Assembly (NCBI GenBank): GCA_963920595.1
Contig: OY986946.1
Span: forward strand, 2,480,001-2,544,000
Origin: Eimeria praecox
Taxonomy: Eukaryota
Direction: 5' to 3'
Length of the DNA: 64,000 bases
This document shows positions 24,754 to 47,741 of the stretch, one piece after another. The position numbers and the translations under genes were made by a program. The notes under the pieces were generated by a model that worked only from the letters and a program-made list of their open reading frames with translations, was not told the DNA's origin and did not search any database. Every line of letters begins with the position of its first letter. Position 1 is the first letter of the stretch.

Positions 24754-26161
24754 ATGAGGGGTAGGCATTAAATAGAGGCATAATGCGATTTTAAATATGT
24801 TCTGTTCATTTACTTCGCGCCTCATCTGCCACTCATAGACCCCTGAAGGGCTATGCAAGGCCCGAACGTGGCCGCTACTTCCAACTGTAGAACGGCAGCC
24901 GCAGCAGCAACAGCGGCGGCAAGAGCAGCAACAGCAGATGATACTGATGATGAATTTAAGGTCGTTAAAGAGCATCTAGCCGTGTGAACGGGCACAGGCG
25001 AACCAGTCGCATTCCACCCTTCACAACTGTCGCGCCGTCTGCGCATCACAGCTTTTTTGTTCGCTGTGCTTTCTTCTTGTCATATTATTTTCAGGAGGAG
25101 GAGGATTTCGAGGCGGCGGTAGAGGAGGCCGAGGTGGCAGAGGCGGTGGCGGCGGCGGTGGCGGCGGCCGGGGGAGAGGAGGCGGTGAGTGAACAGCCGC
25201 AGTAGAATCCTTCTAAATCGTTTTCTTTGTTTGGTTTTGTGTTCGACCAGAGTATATTATATGCTTGAAGGGACAAATCCGCTTCTATCTTTGCCTGTTT
25301 GTGTGCGGTTTATTTTGCCTATGTTGCTTTTGCTCCTGTTTCTTCCACTTCTTAGGCGCTGGCGGCTTCAAGAGCGCCCGAGGCGGAGGCCGAGGAGGGG
25401 GTCGTGGAGGGGGTCGTGGAGGGGGTCGTGGAGGAGGGGGGGGAGGGGCGAAAGTTGTGGTAGTTCCGCATCGGTTTGAAGGGGTTTTCATGTCTAAAGG
25501 GAAAGCGGATTCCTTAGTAACACGCAACATGGTGCCAGGGGAATCGGTGTACGGGGAGAAGAGGATGGAGGTGACACAGGAGTCTGGCGAGAAGATTGAA
25601 TATCGTATTTGGAATCCTTTCCGCTCCAAGTTGGGGGCGACGTTGGTGGGGGGAGTGGCGAATATGCCTATAAAGCCAGGGACGAAAGTATTGTATTTAG
25701 GGGCTGCAAACGGCACAACTGTTTCACATGTATCGGATATTGTAGGGCCTGAAGGAGCGGTGTATGCAGTTGAGTTTTCTCATCGCTCAGGGCGTGATTT
25801 AACCAACATGGCTAAGAAAAGACCAAATATCATTCCTATTGTCGAAGATGCACGACAGCCCCTCAAATATCGCATGCTTGTAGATATGGTAGACGTCATC
25901 TTCGCGGATGTCGCACAACCAGATCAATCACGTATCGTTGCCCTGAACGCACACTATTTCCTTAAGCCCGGCGGGTGGTTTATCATCTCTATCAAAGCCA
26001 ACTGCGTCGACTCCACGGCAAAACCCGAAGCTGTCTTCGCTGCAGAAGTCGACAAACTTCGTAAAGAAAAATGCAAACCCAAAGAACAACTTACACTCGA
26101 ACCCTACCACAGAGATCACGCCGTTGTCATTGGACAGTATCGCGTTTCAAAGAAGAAGTAA
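24754..26161 (+). CDS. NOP1: Fibrillarin (rRNA 2'-O-methyltransferase)
   Basis: Exons 24754-24760 (MRG, inferred), 25095-25184 and 25356-26161, with GT-AG introns. RGG domain followed by [48 protein letters not shown] and [11 protein letters not shown]. Confidence 0.97.
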
Positions 26162-27892
26162 ACAATATACTACACTATTTAACGAGCGCAACCTAGGGAC
26201 AGATCTTTTACTAATTATTCAAGTCAAAAATGTCTTCTTTCTTCATGTCAGTTAGAGGGGAAACTGTGAAATGGAAAAGCCAATGACGGCCCATCCATTC
26301 AACTCGCCCATGCGAAACGAACAGTTCCCATTGCGGCGAACTCTGACGATTTTTCGACTTTAATTCCTGCATTTTAAGTTGACATGTGTCATTGATTTGG
26401 CGTGGAGTGCGAAGCATGAAGTAGGCAGTTCATGGTGTAGCCGCAACACACACATACACCAGGTACTCGCAGGCAAACAAATGAATACGAACACAACAGT
26501 AAATAGGTAGTGTAGCGGAAGCAGCGAGACATAGAACTACAGATGAGCAATCCACAGGGCAGCTGGTGAAACTGGAAAGGAGGAAGACCTGAATTTCAGC
26601 AAAGTGAAGATAAGTTGAACTGCAGTCTTGCGGTGTCGCGACCCTTCGTGCTTTGTGAAACGGTGTTGCGTTTGTTTGAAGAGGACGTTTTGGCTGCGAA
26701 AAATGGCTTATACTACTTGGTTTTTCTTTGCTTGTTGCTTCTGAAGCTTTGCACGACGCATATATTGAAAAATATGCAGTTTTCTGGGGAGCGGCTGCTA
26801 CAGGAGTCGCCGCCTTCTCGTAGTTCGGTTTCTTGGTGCGGCCAACTTCTCTTCCTGATTTGTGTGATGTGAGTCATTTTGAGCGGTACGGAGGTGAATG
26901 GAGTTGTTTTTGTATTTGCGAGCAAATAATGGGTATAATCACCTCAGTGGTGTATCAATCCGGGAGAGAAGGCTCCTGTCAGCACAGTGCCATTCTATCT
27001 ACTTATGGATTACCTTTTGCTGCTTACTGCTCGGTGCTCTGGTGGCCGTTCAGGGAGTACAGGTAATCCTCACGAACGCAGCAGCATCGCAAAGAGAGAC
27101 GGATATATAGCAATAATAGCATAACAAAGGCAATAGCGACTAACATAGATATATAAGCCATGCGCCTGCATGTATATCCTCTCAGCTCATTCGAGAGGGA
27201 GGAGAGAGAAATGCACTGGATTTGACGCTGCGAGGCTTTCTCGTAAGTAATTGTTAACTGTACGAACATCAGAAAGAGCAGTTTGAAAGAAAACAAATGC
27301 TGTTCAAGTATGCGTTGCTCCCCTCGTTCCTGGTGCATAGCTTTTTCGGAATCGGTAGGAATAATATCCCTTGTATAAAAATGCTGCAACAAGTGCAGCA
27401 AATTACAAGAAGTAGATATTAAACCCGTTCTCATTTTCTGCAGCCCTACACATTCGGAGCGATAGCTGCAGCCTAGCAAACCCGTTGCTTTGGTGGACGG
27501 GGTTTATTGTTTGTTCATTTTCGTTGTTGCTTTTCATTTCTCAAGCATTTATACTTCTCTCTGCTTTGCACTTTCGCAAAACGATGATGCGTCGAGGTCT
27601 CACAGGCCGCTACGTTATGACGGTAATTCCATTATCTATTTGTCAGTTTCTCTCTGTTCATCTAATTTATTTGTTTGTGTATTTTGCATTGACCCGCTTG
27701 CTCCTCTAATTTTCCTGCATGCATTTGCTTTGATTATCTTTCATTTTGTTTTAGGAAGATGATGAAGCAATACACCACAGAATTTGCTCGAAGACATATG
27801 GAAAGGGCTACGGCGCCTCTCTTTCAAGCATGGAGACTGTGTGCATCCAATCTTAGAGATGAAATCTATGTATATAGATTAAAGCGATTGCA

Positions 27893-27948
<56 letters not shown>

Positions 27949-28923
27949 CTGTATGTCTAGGCACATGTACTTGCATATAAATTCCTTTCCTCCTGAAAAT
28001 GAAGAAGATGAGTGTTAAACGCTTAACCTCGGCAGCGTGTGTCGTAACGTGCAGAAACCAACACTTCCTAAAGTTATTATTGGGCCTCCTTGGACTACTC
28101 AGAGACATAAACACATTTGTTGAAGATAGTTTACGAAAATAGTGCAGCTAAATCTAGTTAAATTTCCTTGAAAATATGCAAACTTGAACACTGCTACTTG
28201 ACGCATCCATAGTGCATGCAGGGATATCAACTTCAAAGCATATGAGCTAAAGAGCATTCACTTTAATAAATGAATGAGGGTTTGCTGACGGTAGAAGATT
28301 CTTCTGTCTTAGGTTTCCGGTGTCACTGCAGCTACCATCAAACACAAATACTTTAAACTGAGCAATCGACTTTGCGTGTTTCTCCCTTGAAAATGCCTAC
28401 TACGGAAGCAAAGTGCAATATGCAGCAAACATCAAAATGGAAACTCCAAATGCTTCAATAAGTAAAATGCGAACGAATATCACTAAAAACGCCGGCTGTA
28501 TATACAGCACATTTGCAGCGGAACCATGCTGCATGTACTGCAGCTGCAGCTGCAGCTGCAGTATATAATACGAAGTCTGCCTTGCATACACAACGAATTT
28601 GTTTGAAGAGGACGAGTGCTGTTTCAAAGCAGCAAACATACACTTAAGAACAGTAGTTTAAAGTTTGTCAAGCAAGCAACGCATGCAATCTAAAAGAAGA
28701 TATGTTCATCATAAAATACAAAATCCCTCGGGTACGGCTACACTGTCTTTGGGCCAATGCCTGGGAAAGGCGACCTGGAAAGGAGCCGTGAGGTGTCTGT
28801 ACAGTACAAACGTTTGCAATTCAACAAAATGACGAGCGGAGAAGTCTAGAGAAAAGTTGAAAAGCACTAACAGCACATTGCTTGTGCTGTTGCCTTTGAA
28901 TACTGCTGCGGGGAAGGTAGAAA

Positions 28924-30031
28924 CTAACAGCCGATAGCGAACGGGCAACTCCTACTGCTGCTCTTGCTGCTGCTGTCTTCTTCATTCATTGCTGCGATTG
29001 CTGCTGAGTCGTCCGGCGGGTGCTGTTGAGCAGGCCGTACAAAAGGCTGCGAGGAGACGAGAGGAGCATTGTTCTCCCCAGCAGCAGAAGCAGTAACAGC
29101 AGCAGCAGCAGCAGCAGCTGCTGCTGTTATTGCTTCTGCTTCGGGGGCGCTCGACTGAGACGAAACGGCGGCGTCAGCCGCTGAAGTTCTCCTACAGGTT
29201 TGAGATGAAGGACAGGCAGCTGACGCTAAGAAAGGTGTTTGTGTCTGTGCGAATTGTTGGTTGTTTTCTGTTTGCTGCATAATATTTTTATTTGGGTTGC
29301 CGAGAGACAAACACGAAGTAGAAATATCGTTATCTTGTGAGTTTCTAGAAACAGATAGGAGATGAGCGCACTGCAAACGCACTTCCAATGAAGATGGACG
29401 CTTTCCTTGTCGTTTTACGACGCCCCAGAACCAACGACAGAGAGGTTCAGACAGCTGTCCATACACCTGAAAAACGCAAGAGTGAGATTCATACACATAC
29501 ATACACACTCCCCATACACCCCAAATACACACACATACACACCTAAATACAGCCCTAAATACACCCTAAATCGAAATCAAATATGTATACAAGTGGAAGT
29601 ATAACGCTGCCCACATTAAAACAAGAAAACATCGATTTATAGTGCTCATATACTCAACGTACAACACAAACTCCTCAAATATAAGTTGGAAATACACTAC
29701 AACAAAACAAATCTGCATGCGCACTAAGACGGAATTACAAGCTTCCTTCAATATGCTAATGATTCATCACCCTGTATATACACCCCAAAAGGGTGTATAT
29801 AAAAAAACAAAAGGGTCTGTTGGCATGCATGCCCAATAAGCTGCAGATACACCTCAATTACGCTGGGCATACACCTCAAGTAAGCTGCACATACACCTCA
29901 AATAAGCATATGCCGCGCATGCACCCTAACGCACTCTGCAAGAAAATGATTTAAAGACGCGCTTCGTTCCTTCATACCACTGCGTACACCAGGCCTGAAA
30001 AATCAACAAACAAACAAGCAAAGAGACACTC

Positions 30032-30063
<32 letters not shown>

Positions 30064-30091
30064 ACAGCAGCAGCAAGGATTCAGGCACTTA

Positions 30092-30129
<38 letters not shown>

Positions 30130-30296
30130 GCAGCAGCAGCAGCAACAGCAGCAAGACTGGAGCAACACGGGTAGGAGCAGCAACAGCAACAGCATCGCCA
30201 AGGACTCAGTACCTCTTTGGCTGCTGAGAAGAAGATAGAGGGTTCACTTGTTGCTTCAGACTGTCTCCCAAATGCCCCTTCTGGCTTCTTGCCAGA

Positions 30297-30328
<32 letters not shown>

Positions 30329-31298
30329 CTCCAGCTGCAGCAGCAGGAGAGTGATGCTGTAGAAAACGTCTGTATGCGGCTAGTGCCCTTCTTCTAGCCT
30401 CTTCAAAACCCCTCTTCCGTACACAATACTTAGAAGAAAACAACAAATGCCGCGATCCTACAAGCGGCACCACCACCACCCACATTTCAAGCTCTGAATC
30501 GTAACGAACAGGAAGCTGCTCTAGCAGCAGCTGCTGCTGTTGTTGTTGTTGCTGTTGCTGCTGCTGCTGCTGGGAGAGCCAAGGCTGCTGATGGTGCTCC
30601 TGTTGCGGATGCCCACACTCATGGAGGTGCTGTTGCTGCTGGTGCTGCGGCTGCTGCTGAAGATATGTAGGAGGATGCTGCATGGGCTGTACATACAGCT
30701 GAGGTGCTGCTGGCGCAGCTTCCTCCCACCGCTGCTGCGGAGGTAAATTTGTTGCTTTGGGATAGACGGACTCGCCCTGGGAAGGCGAAGAAGAATCTAA
30801 ATCTAAAACAGTGTTGTTTAAGCCCGAAGGAGAAGCCATACAACCAAAGGATGCAGCAGCATGCATCAACGAGTTTGTCTGTTCCTGCTGCTGCTGCTGC
30901 TGTTGCTGCTGCTGCAGTTGGCCGGCCACGAAAAGCTGCTGCTGTTGCTTTTGCTGCTGCTGCTCCGGAAGGCCCCGCTGCGGCTGCTGCAGCAACATCA
31001 GGGGCTGCGATTGTTGCTGCTGCAACTGCTGTTGCTGCAACTGCTGCTGCTGCAACTGCTGCTGCTGCAATTGCTGCTGCTGCTGCTGCTGCAGAGGCAA
31101 AAGGGGGCTCTCTGTGAATGTACTTTGTATCATCCCTAGAGGATTAATATCCGCGAGTTGTTCCCCAGTTGTTGAAACCATGCTCAGAGGAGCTGCTGCT
31201 GCATTGCCCTGAGGTGTATGTACACCCAGGTGCTTAGGGGCAAGTTGTTGCAGCAGTTGTTGAGGCGCACGTGTGTCCTCACTCATTTCATATTTCAT
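28924..31298 (-). CDS. ApiAP2 transcription factor with two AP2-like domains and polyQ/polyA tracts
   Basis: Exons 31298-30213, 29994-29935 and 29466-28924; start and 3' end are uncertain, with a possible extra donor at 29382. Domain 1 is VRYDSELEMWVV...YCVRKRGFEEARRRALAAY. Splicing builds domain 2, SIFFSAAKE|AWCTQWYEGTKRVFKSFSCR|VYGQLSEPLCRWF. Confidence 0.8.
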
Positions 31299-32559
31299 GC
31301 GAAAGAAGGAAGAAACACAAAAGCGTCAGCAGAACGTTCTGCAAATGGTGCTATCCCCTGCAATTTTGGGGTGTACATACACCGGAAAAGAACGTGAGGG
31401 TAAGTTCAATTTTTCTTTGAATTTGCAACAAGAGATTGCCCATAGATTTCATGGGAAGAGAAAGGAACAAATGCTCGACTCGTCTGTTTGGCGAGATCGG
31501 CGTTTATGTCTACAAAGAAAGATAAAGAAAAAACCAAGAAGAAATGAATATAAAATAATAATTGTAATAACCTTGTGCCTGTCTCCAGCTTCCACCAACA
31601 TACGGCGAAAGACGCCGAGTCATACAGTTGGATAGGAGGGTTAAAACATGAAAAACAAACAGATGGATATTTTTGTGTGTATACAAAAATTGTAATCAAA
31701 TTAAACACAAAAGAACAAATACATTTAAACCCCACTAAGATTTGAAAGCCTTTCCACTTTCCACCTTTCGTGTCGATAACTCGGGAGGCGACAGCACAGT
31801 CGGCGTCATCTCCCCTCTCTTTCTTTCTAAATTTTTTCTAGAGAAATGTTTTTATAGAAAAACATGAAACAAACATAGATGAAAATATAAACACAAAACC
31901 AGAAGGAACCATTCACAAGTTTCACACCACCCGCGCCTACTGTGGCGGCGACGGAGTCGATACACCTCAACAACCAACACCCCACACTTCCACCGCAGCC
32001 TGTCTGTCTTGAAAGTAGATCGAAAACAAACTATTACTTTAAACAAATTGATTTTAAACTTGAAAATATATCACAGAAACACTTAATATAACACCAACCA
32101 AAATAACCGCAGGACATCACAGAAAACCCCAATGTTGCAGACGAACCATACACTCAAGAGACTCAACCCACCTCGTGCGGCTCATCAAAGTTGCAACACA
32201 AAACTCGATATGATTTGTTTATATAACCAGAAATAAATATATCCGAAAGCAATAGAGAATCTGTTATCTAAAGCACGCTGCAGCGGATGCCATGCGCCTT
32301 TGTGCCTCTGTAGTGAGAGACACACGATACCTCGATTTGAGCGTAGGCAGTTCGCGAGCGGCAACAGAATTAAAACTTTTTAGATAAGATTTCTCAACAG
32401 GCAGATTGTTTCCTCTACAGTCATCAGGTGTCCACAGCTTAGCGGTCCGTCCAAGGGTTAAGCCCACTCAGTGCGGAATGGTAAGGATGAATGACGGTAT
32501 CGTGTCTACTTGTTTGTTTGCAGGCTAACTATGAGGGCCAGTAAGTGTTCAGTGGCTAT

Positions 32560-35500
32560 TTACGCTTCAGCCTACAAGGCTAGCGTACTCTCCAAAGGAA
32601 TGCGTTGTGCGTGCATGTGGGGCTGCCTTGCAGCGCCAGCTCCTGCGACGCGCACTGCAGACCACAACACGCCGGCCAGCGATCTCACCAGTCCCAGGCC
32701 CTTAGGCAGTTTTGTGCAGCAAGCGTGGAGCTTGGACAGGGGATTAGATGCTTTTTGCAAACACTTCCTGCCTGTCGTTCACTCTACTGCAACTCACCAC
32801 AATCCTCGACTAAGATCGAGGACCCTCGCTGGAAGGTCGGTCCTCGACCCTAGGAAATCGAGGGCTGTAGGTGTTCGAGGATGGCTTACAATAGCGGGGA
32901 GTGGCATTGGGCCATACAATGGTGTTCCGTTGTGGACCAAGGGTGAAGGAGACCAGCAGATTGATTGAACTGTGCACTGCTGTGCTATACACGCCTTTCG
33001 CACAGAGAAGGTGCTCACGCCCCTTTTATGAATGTTCATGGGAGCAGAGCAGCAAATATTGCACAGTTGTGCGGTTAGTGCGTTCAGTTTGACCTCTGCC
33101 TCCGGGTGGTTCCTGGTGGTCATGTTTGGGGCGGCGCCAAGCTGTTTGGTAAATTCAAGCCATATTCGGGTATTTGACAGTAAAAGCCCTTTCGGAGATC
33201 GACTGCAGAGATTATTAATAAATAGGCAGGCCAAGCCTTCCTAGCCTATCTATTTATTAATGATTTTAAGTGAGCCCTAGCAGGCGGTGATTTGGGTGTC
33301 TTTCATGAGCCTGTTCACAACAACCTAGATGCTGTAGCAACCTGCAACAGCTAGTAGGCCAGCTATGAAAACCACCGGCACGCCCACGTAGAGCCGTTTA
33401 GGGATCGGGCGTCTGTGCAAGAGTCCAGTTTCGAAAGTGTTTCGTACCTTCTTGTGCTGTGGGGTATCTCCGAAAAAAGAGGATAAATTCCTCGACTGAT
33501 GGGCGCATCTTGGGCCGCCTGACACCTTGGCGGCCAGTAAAAACATGATCGCGCATTTTGAACAAAATATCGGTACGAAGCGAAGCTGGAACGTTTGGTC
33601 GGCGGAGTCAACGCTTCGTCTGGTACTACAAGAGTTCGCCGTCATCGCTGCAGCGCTCAACCCGCCGCTCGGTGTTGAGACCAGCGGAAACAACAGCCAT
33701 GCGAGGAGGAGGAAGGATGCAGTATAGGAAGGAAACCGTAATCATTGCAGATAGTTGCAGAAGACACTGTCTGACCACTACGGAATCATAACAGTGCGTC
33801 GCGAACATGTTGGCGATACCCTCGGCATATCTGACTATGAATTCGTTTTCATGGACCTGCAGGGGCATCCAGCAACAACTTCGTTCTCCCATTTTCCGAA
33901 CACTTCACCAGGCATGTCTGGTATTGATGCCGGCTTGAATGGGGAAGCGTATGCTTTAGAAGACCGCAGAGAACTCCTTCTCACGTCCCGGACACTTCTG
34001 CCAATTTCCCGCACAATGGTATGACTAGCCGGTGCTCTTTTTTATATGTTATTGGCGCGTTATGCTTGCATTCTCATGCACAGACGACATGCTTACGTAC
34101 TGCAGTTTGCTAGTGCGCGTATGGCAAGCAGTTTAGTCCAGTGATGAAAAAATCGCTGAACCGTCCAAGCGGCTAGCTGCTTCTTCGATATGAGGTGTCG
34201 GAAACTTTGGGGCTGCCTCGGGTTTATTAAAGAACTAGAAGCTGACGCACATTTTCCATCTCTCTCCTTTTCCCTGATCCAGAAGCGATTGTCCACATGC
34301 GCTGTTTGACGACTGAAGCTTGCCTTTTCTTAAGTGTCCGTTTGCTGTCACCATAATTTTCTCTTCAGTATGCGGGAATTGTCTGTATCTGTGTATGCGA
34401 GACTGCGCGGAGTTGGCTCCGGTGCGCTGCAGTGGGCGCCTATCGGGCCACCAGCTCGCTGAAACGCTTCTTGCCAATGACTACAGCCGAGAATTCTTCC
34501 TTCAACAGTGACCACTATTGCTCTTCTTTGGTTGCCAAATTTGTTGAATCACACAAACCCTGCAGCCGTTGCAAGCCTGCCACGTCGCAGTCTATTCATT
34601 ATCGTCTCTTTCAGCGCCTGCAAACTGCATCGGAGCCCCCCCGTTGCTTTCTTTATGGGATGGCGGTTCCACTCTTTCGTACTGTATGGGATGGAAATGT
34701 TGTTGGCAGCCGTAAACGATGCTCTCTCCCATTCGCATTCCCCTCAAAAATGCTGCCAGGCATGCGCGCGCTCCGCTGAAGCGCCGATGGTATGGATTTA
34801 TGCCTTGGTGAGCTGGCCCAAGCTGCAAATTTAGTACCCAAGTATCATGATTAATTTCTGAGTTAGGCACACCATTGTACATAAATACGTTTACTGAACC
34901 CGTGATGTTTTCTGCCATGGGCAAGGGGGAATCGCAGAGACTGCTCCTACCCCAATGAATAGGCAGACAGCCTGCACCACCTGCACCTAGAACCGCTATA
35001 CCCGCCGTCGCCGCATATATCGGATCCGCTTCAGATAATACGTCAATTAATATTAGCAAAGCCAGGCCACTCATAGAAGATTGAGTGAACACACAGTTGA
35101 CTCGAGGATGGCCTCCAAATGAGACTGTCGCCATTGGCGTTTTTGTCGTTGAGCCGCGCGCTGCTTGGGGTGCTGCCATTTCGTCCGCTTTCTCGGTTGG
35201 GCTATCATTCGTAGCCACAATCTCCATAGACTCAATATCTCGGCCATCTCCAAAGCCTCATTCTATCTTTCCAGCTAAGGCGGTGGAAGTGGCTTTTTTT
35301 CAATCTTTGATGCATAAGCACTCCATCATCTGGGCGAACCCCGCCCTTTCAGCTCCTAGCCCCAACTCTGTGACTCATCCCATCAACGACTGTCTCTCTC
35401 GGAGGGAACAATCCTGCCAAGAACCACTAATGTAGCAATTCACAATCCGCCGTTAGACGTCCCTTCATCACAGGCCAGTTACTGTGCACGCGCCTAGCTG

Positions 35501-36900
35501 TCTGCCCCTAGTCCTGCACGTTTAAGTCTTTTCATTGCGCCATAGCCTTCTTCCTTGTGGACATATAGAGGAATAGACAGCAGTGTATTTCTCGTAAAGT
35601 TATTATTGTCTGACTGAGCTGCACAAAAGCAGTACCCTTGTTTAGATGTATCCAGTTTTGTAGTGACTTATCACTATGGAGAGTGCGAATAGTAACTGTG
35701 TTGCTCTTCAGATGCCATTTGTAGACGAAATAGACCTTTACAGAGGCAAAGACTCTTTTTTATTTTGACGAGTGGCAAAAGCGGAGGCAACTTTCTTGGA
35801 TTGTTATTTGGCCAAACTTATGTGGTATTGTGGAGATTGTGGTTGGGTTGGTATCAATCGTCGGCATCTAGTGGAATCTGCAACAGCCCTTCAGCTAAAC
35901 CAAATGATGAGTAGACTACTGAGCGATGCAACTGCTCACGTAGTTCGTTGATATTGCTCATAGGAAGCTTCTGTTTATGGTGATTTTGTGGGGGCGCTTA
36001 GAGTCAGCCAGCATGCACCACCTTTTGTTCTTTAAGGCCGGCGCTTTTATAAACTCAAAACTCATTTGTTTGGGATTGGAGTTTGCATTTTCTTAGAAGT
36101 TCACCTGCTTTCCGTCCGATGTCTTCGTCTATATGTGCCGCTCATGAGTGCCTTGAAGGATAGCTTGGGGCTACTCCGGAAATGGGCTCGATCCATTGCA
36201 TTGAGCGTCCACCGTGTACTCGACCCATTGAAACCTCCTTCTTATTGAGCATCTCACAGAGGTTAGCTTTCAATTGTGTCCACTTCTTTTTGCACCTTGG
36301 GTGATTATTGCATCGAATTCCCAAAAGATTAGGCCCCCATCAGGGTCTTAACGACGGAATGCATGCGTTTCTCCTCTGTTTCCCTCAGTGCACCTACGCT
36401 TCGTAGGAACCTCCTCCTGCATTTCTCCTTGGCACTGAGTCCGCTTGTCTAACCGTAGAGAATGCTTGCAGCATGCGCTGCTTGATGTTGGTACCCGTAT
36501 CCCAACCTGCTCGCAGGCTCACTATCCAGTACATGTTTAAAGACAATATGCGCTTTGATCTACTATGCTAGCGCATGCAGCAAAGGAGCACTGGGTATGC
36601 TCCTCATTGGGGCTACATTGCAGCACATGCTGCAGCAAGTTGCTTTGCAGCCCGCAGCAGGCTTGTATATGTCTCGGCCAACCCAGATCCTTGGGCCGCT
36701 ATGTCGGGGAAGCCGCGAGGCTGGACAGGAGGTGAGCTGGTTTTTGCGGGTCCTTCCTTTAAGAATTTGACCCTCTTGCATTTGGCTAGGGCCCTCAACT
36801 ACGATTGAGGTCTCTAGTATTAACAAACGGACGTATCCCCAAGTTGAGGTTCCCGGTTTCAACAGGAGGAGGCATCCCCAAGTTCTTTCTTGCTGTGCTC
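32560..36900 (-). mobile_element. Highly degenerate Ty3/Gypsy LTR retrotransposon, element 2
   Basis: Integrase remnants GLLHRRPIPKR..VFIAGL (~33400) and WLEFTKQLG..TTRNHPEA/GQTERTNRT (~33100). RNase H-like EKEFSAVF (~33970). Decayed chromodomain at ~32700-32800. LTR/leader at 36470-36900. Boundaries are approximate. Confidence 0.75.
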
Positions 36901-37369
36901 ACTAATATCGTAATCTATCTTGAGACAATCACTCGGGTTTCAATAATAAATATACAATTAAGTATGTACACTTGAGTACAGTTCTGCTAACGCTCTTGCC
37001 ATTAACTTCATCGGCAATACGAAGGGAAGCACTTGTAGCCAAGATAGGTTTTTTGTGTGTTTGTCAACTTATTAACACGGAAGCAAAAAAAGATTTGAAT
37101 TTAAAATAAAAGGAATCTAATCTTTAGAATTAAATGAAGATAATACAATGATAGGCTTAGAAGAAACATCGTTTGTGGCTGGGCATATTGTGTGGGGCCT
37201 CCCGTTGCATGCAGATATGCGGGGCTGGGGGCTACGCCGGCTTTGTTGATGAGGGGATAAGAAGAAATAGGGTATTAAGAGTCGATAATAACGGCAGTGG
37301 CTTTATCTCTTTGAGATATTTTCTTTATTTTCTCGGGTTTTTAAGGCCACTCAGCAGACAAAGCCGAAA

Positions 37370-39716
<2,347 letters not shown>

Positions 39717-40483
39717 AATTAATACAAATATTATTATATTAAATCATAAAATAAAATCTGAAATTAAAACAGAAAGTAGAATTAAAAACAAAAATAGCGA
39801 CAGCAAACATGCTTTCTATGCGAAATCAGTGTTTCTTACTGCTATTGCTTATATAGCAATGAGCAGTAACAACCTGAATCTAATTGTTGTTGTTATTGAT
39901 ATTGTTTCTAATAATAATAATAAATAATAATAATAATCTGCTTCTAATAATAATAATAATAATAATAATAATATTAAGCGATTTAGGTTTATTGCTGCTG
40001 CCATGGTATTCATAACTACGTTCACTATGTACTCGCTGATGCTACTACTACTAACAGCAGAAGCAGTAAACAGCAACAAATACGTTGTTCAATGCAATCA
40101 TGCTATGTAGATATACAGGAAATTGATAGATAGACAAATAGTTTTAGGGTATATATATATATATATGACGCAGTTCCCCGTCAGTATAAATAATAACATC
40201 AACCTGACACGAGAAACAAGCCAGAAACTAATCAAGAAAGGAGAGAAGGATGGGGGTAGGGGGGTAGGGGGGAAGACAGACAGATAGAGGAGCATCTGAA
40301 AAAAAAAACAAAACCCTTCGAGGCTGCAATCCCCCGAGCTCCGAGTTTGAAAGCAAATAGAAACAGGGTTTGAATTATGCTCTATAAGATGTTTGCGTGT
40401 GCGATAGTAAACACAAAATACTTGAGAGAAGAGGAATAATACCGTAGGCTGTACAGAGAATATTGTGCTGTATATACGTTTTA

Positions 40484-44205
<3,722 letters not shown>

Positions 44206-44883
44206 GTCTGTCGTTTTCAAATGTTTTTTTGACACTTTTACTACTTAAATATATTAAATATAGGAAATAAATTAAAGCATTATTCAGTGAAACCACGAAT
44301 TCAAACACCATACACCTACACAAACCACAGCCAACAACGGGGCTGCTGGGGTTGTGTTGTTTCTGCAAAGCTGTACGTACACTGGAGAATCTTGTTAGTA
44401 CAATTTGCAACAATTTTTGTTCGAAATGAACTAAAATTAATTCTTATTTTAATTTATTGAAACCACACATACGAACTTGTTGTTATATTTGTCCTTACAT
44501 TATCAGCCCTAGCATCTTCATGCGGCTGCTGCTGAGCGCATCGAGAGTTATTGTGTATATGACGTTGAAAAGAGAGAGAAGTACAATTACACTTCGTTTT
44601 ATTTTGAATATCTTTGCTTTTAGATAAAGTAAATTCAAAAGAGAATATAAAATATTGCAACAATTACAAAACAGAAGATCTGCCCCTGACCGTGGGGTCG
44701 TGAGGCCTCAGCGCCCATTGGGGGCCCCCTAGCATATTTTGTTTTAATTTTAATTTTGATATTTTTCATATAAATAGATAAAGTATAGCGTTGAAATCGT
44801 GAGAAAGGAAGTGGTTACGTCTGTAGGATTTCTTGGGTTTCCCCGGGTGTATATACACTGCGTGAGAGCCGCATAAATACAAG

Positions 44884-47741
<2,858 letters not shown>

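Noticed and set aside
24940..24980. Intronic C/D snoRNA in fibrillarin intron 1
   Set aside because: A box C-like ATGATGA is present, but there is no downstream CTGA box D within the intron.
32200..32560. 3' LTR of element 2 (and LTR pair for element 1)
   Set aside because: Only weak similarity to 36535-36900 by eye; cannot be supported without alignment.
40311..40326. 16-bp identity AAACCCTTCGAGGCTG with 57491
   Set aside because: No extension beyond 16 bp; likely chance.
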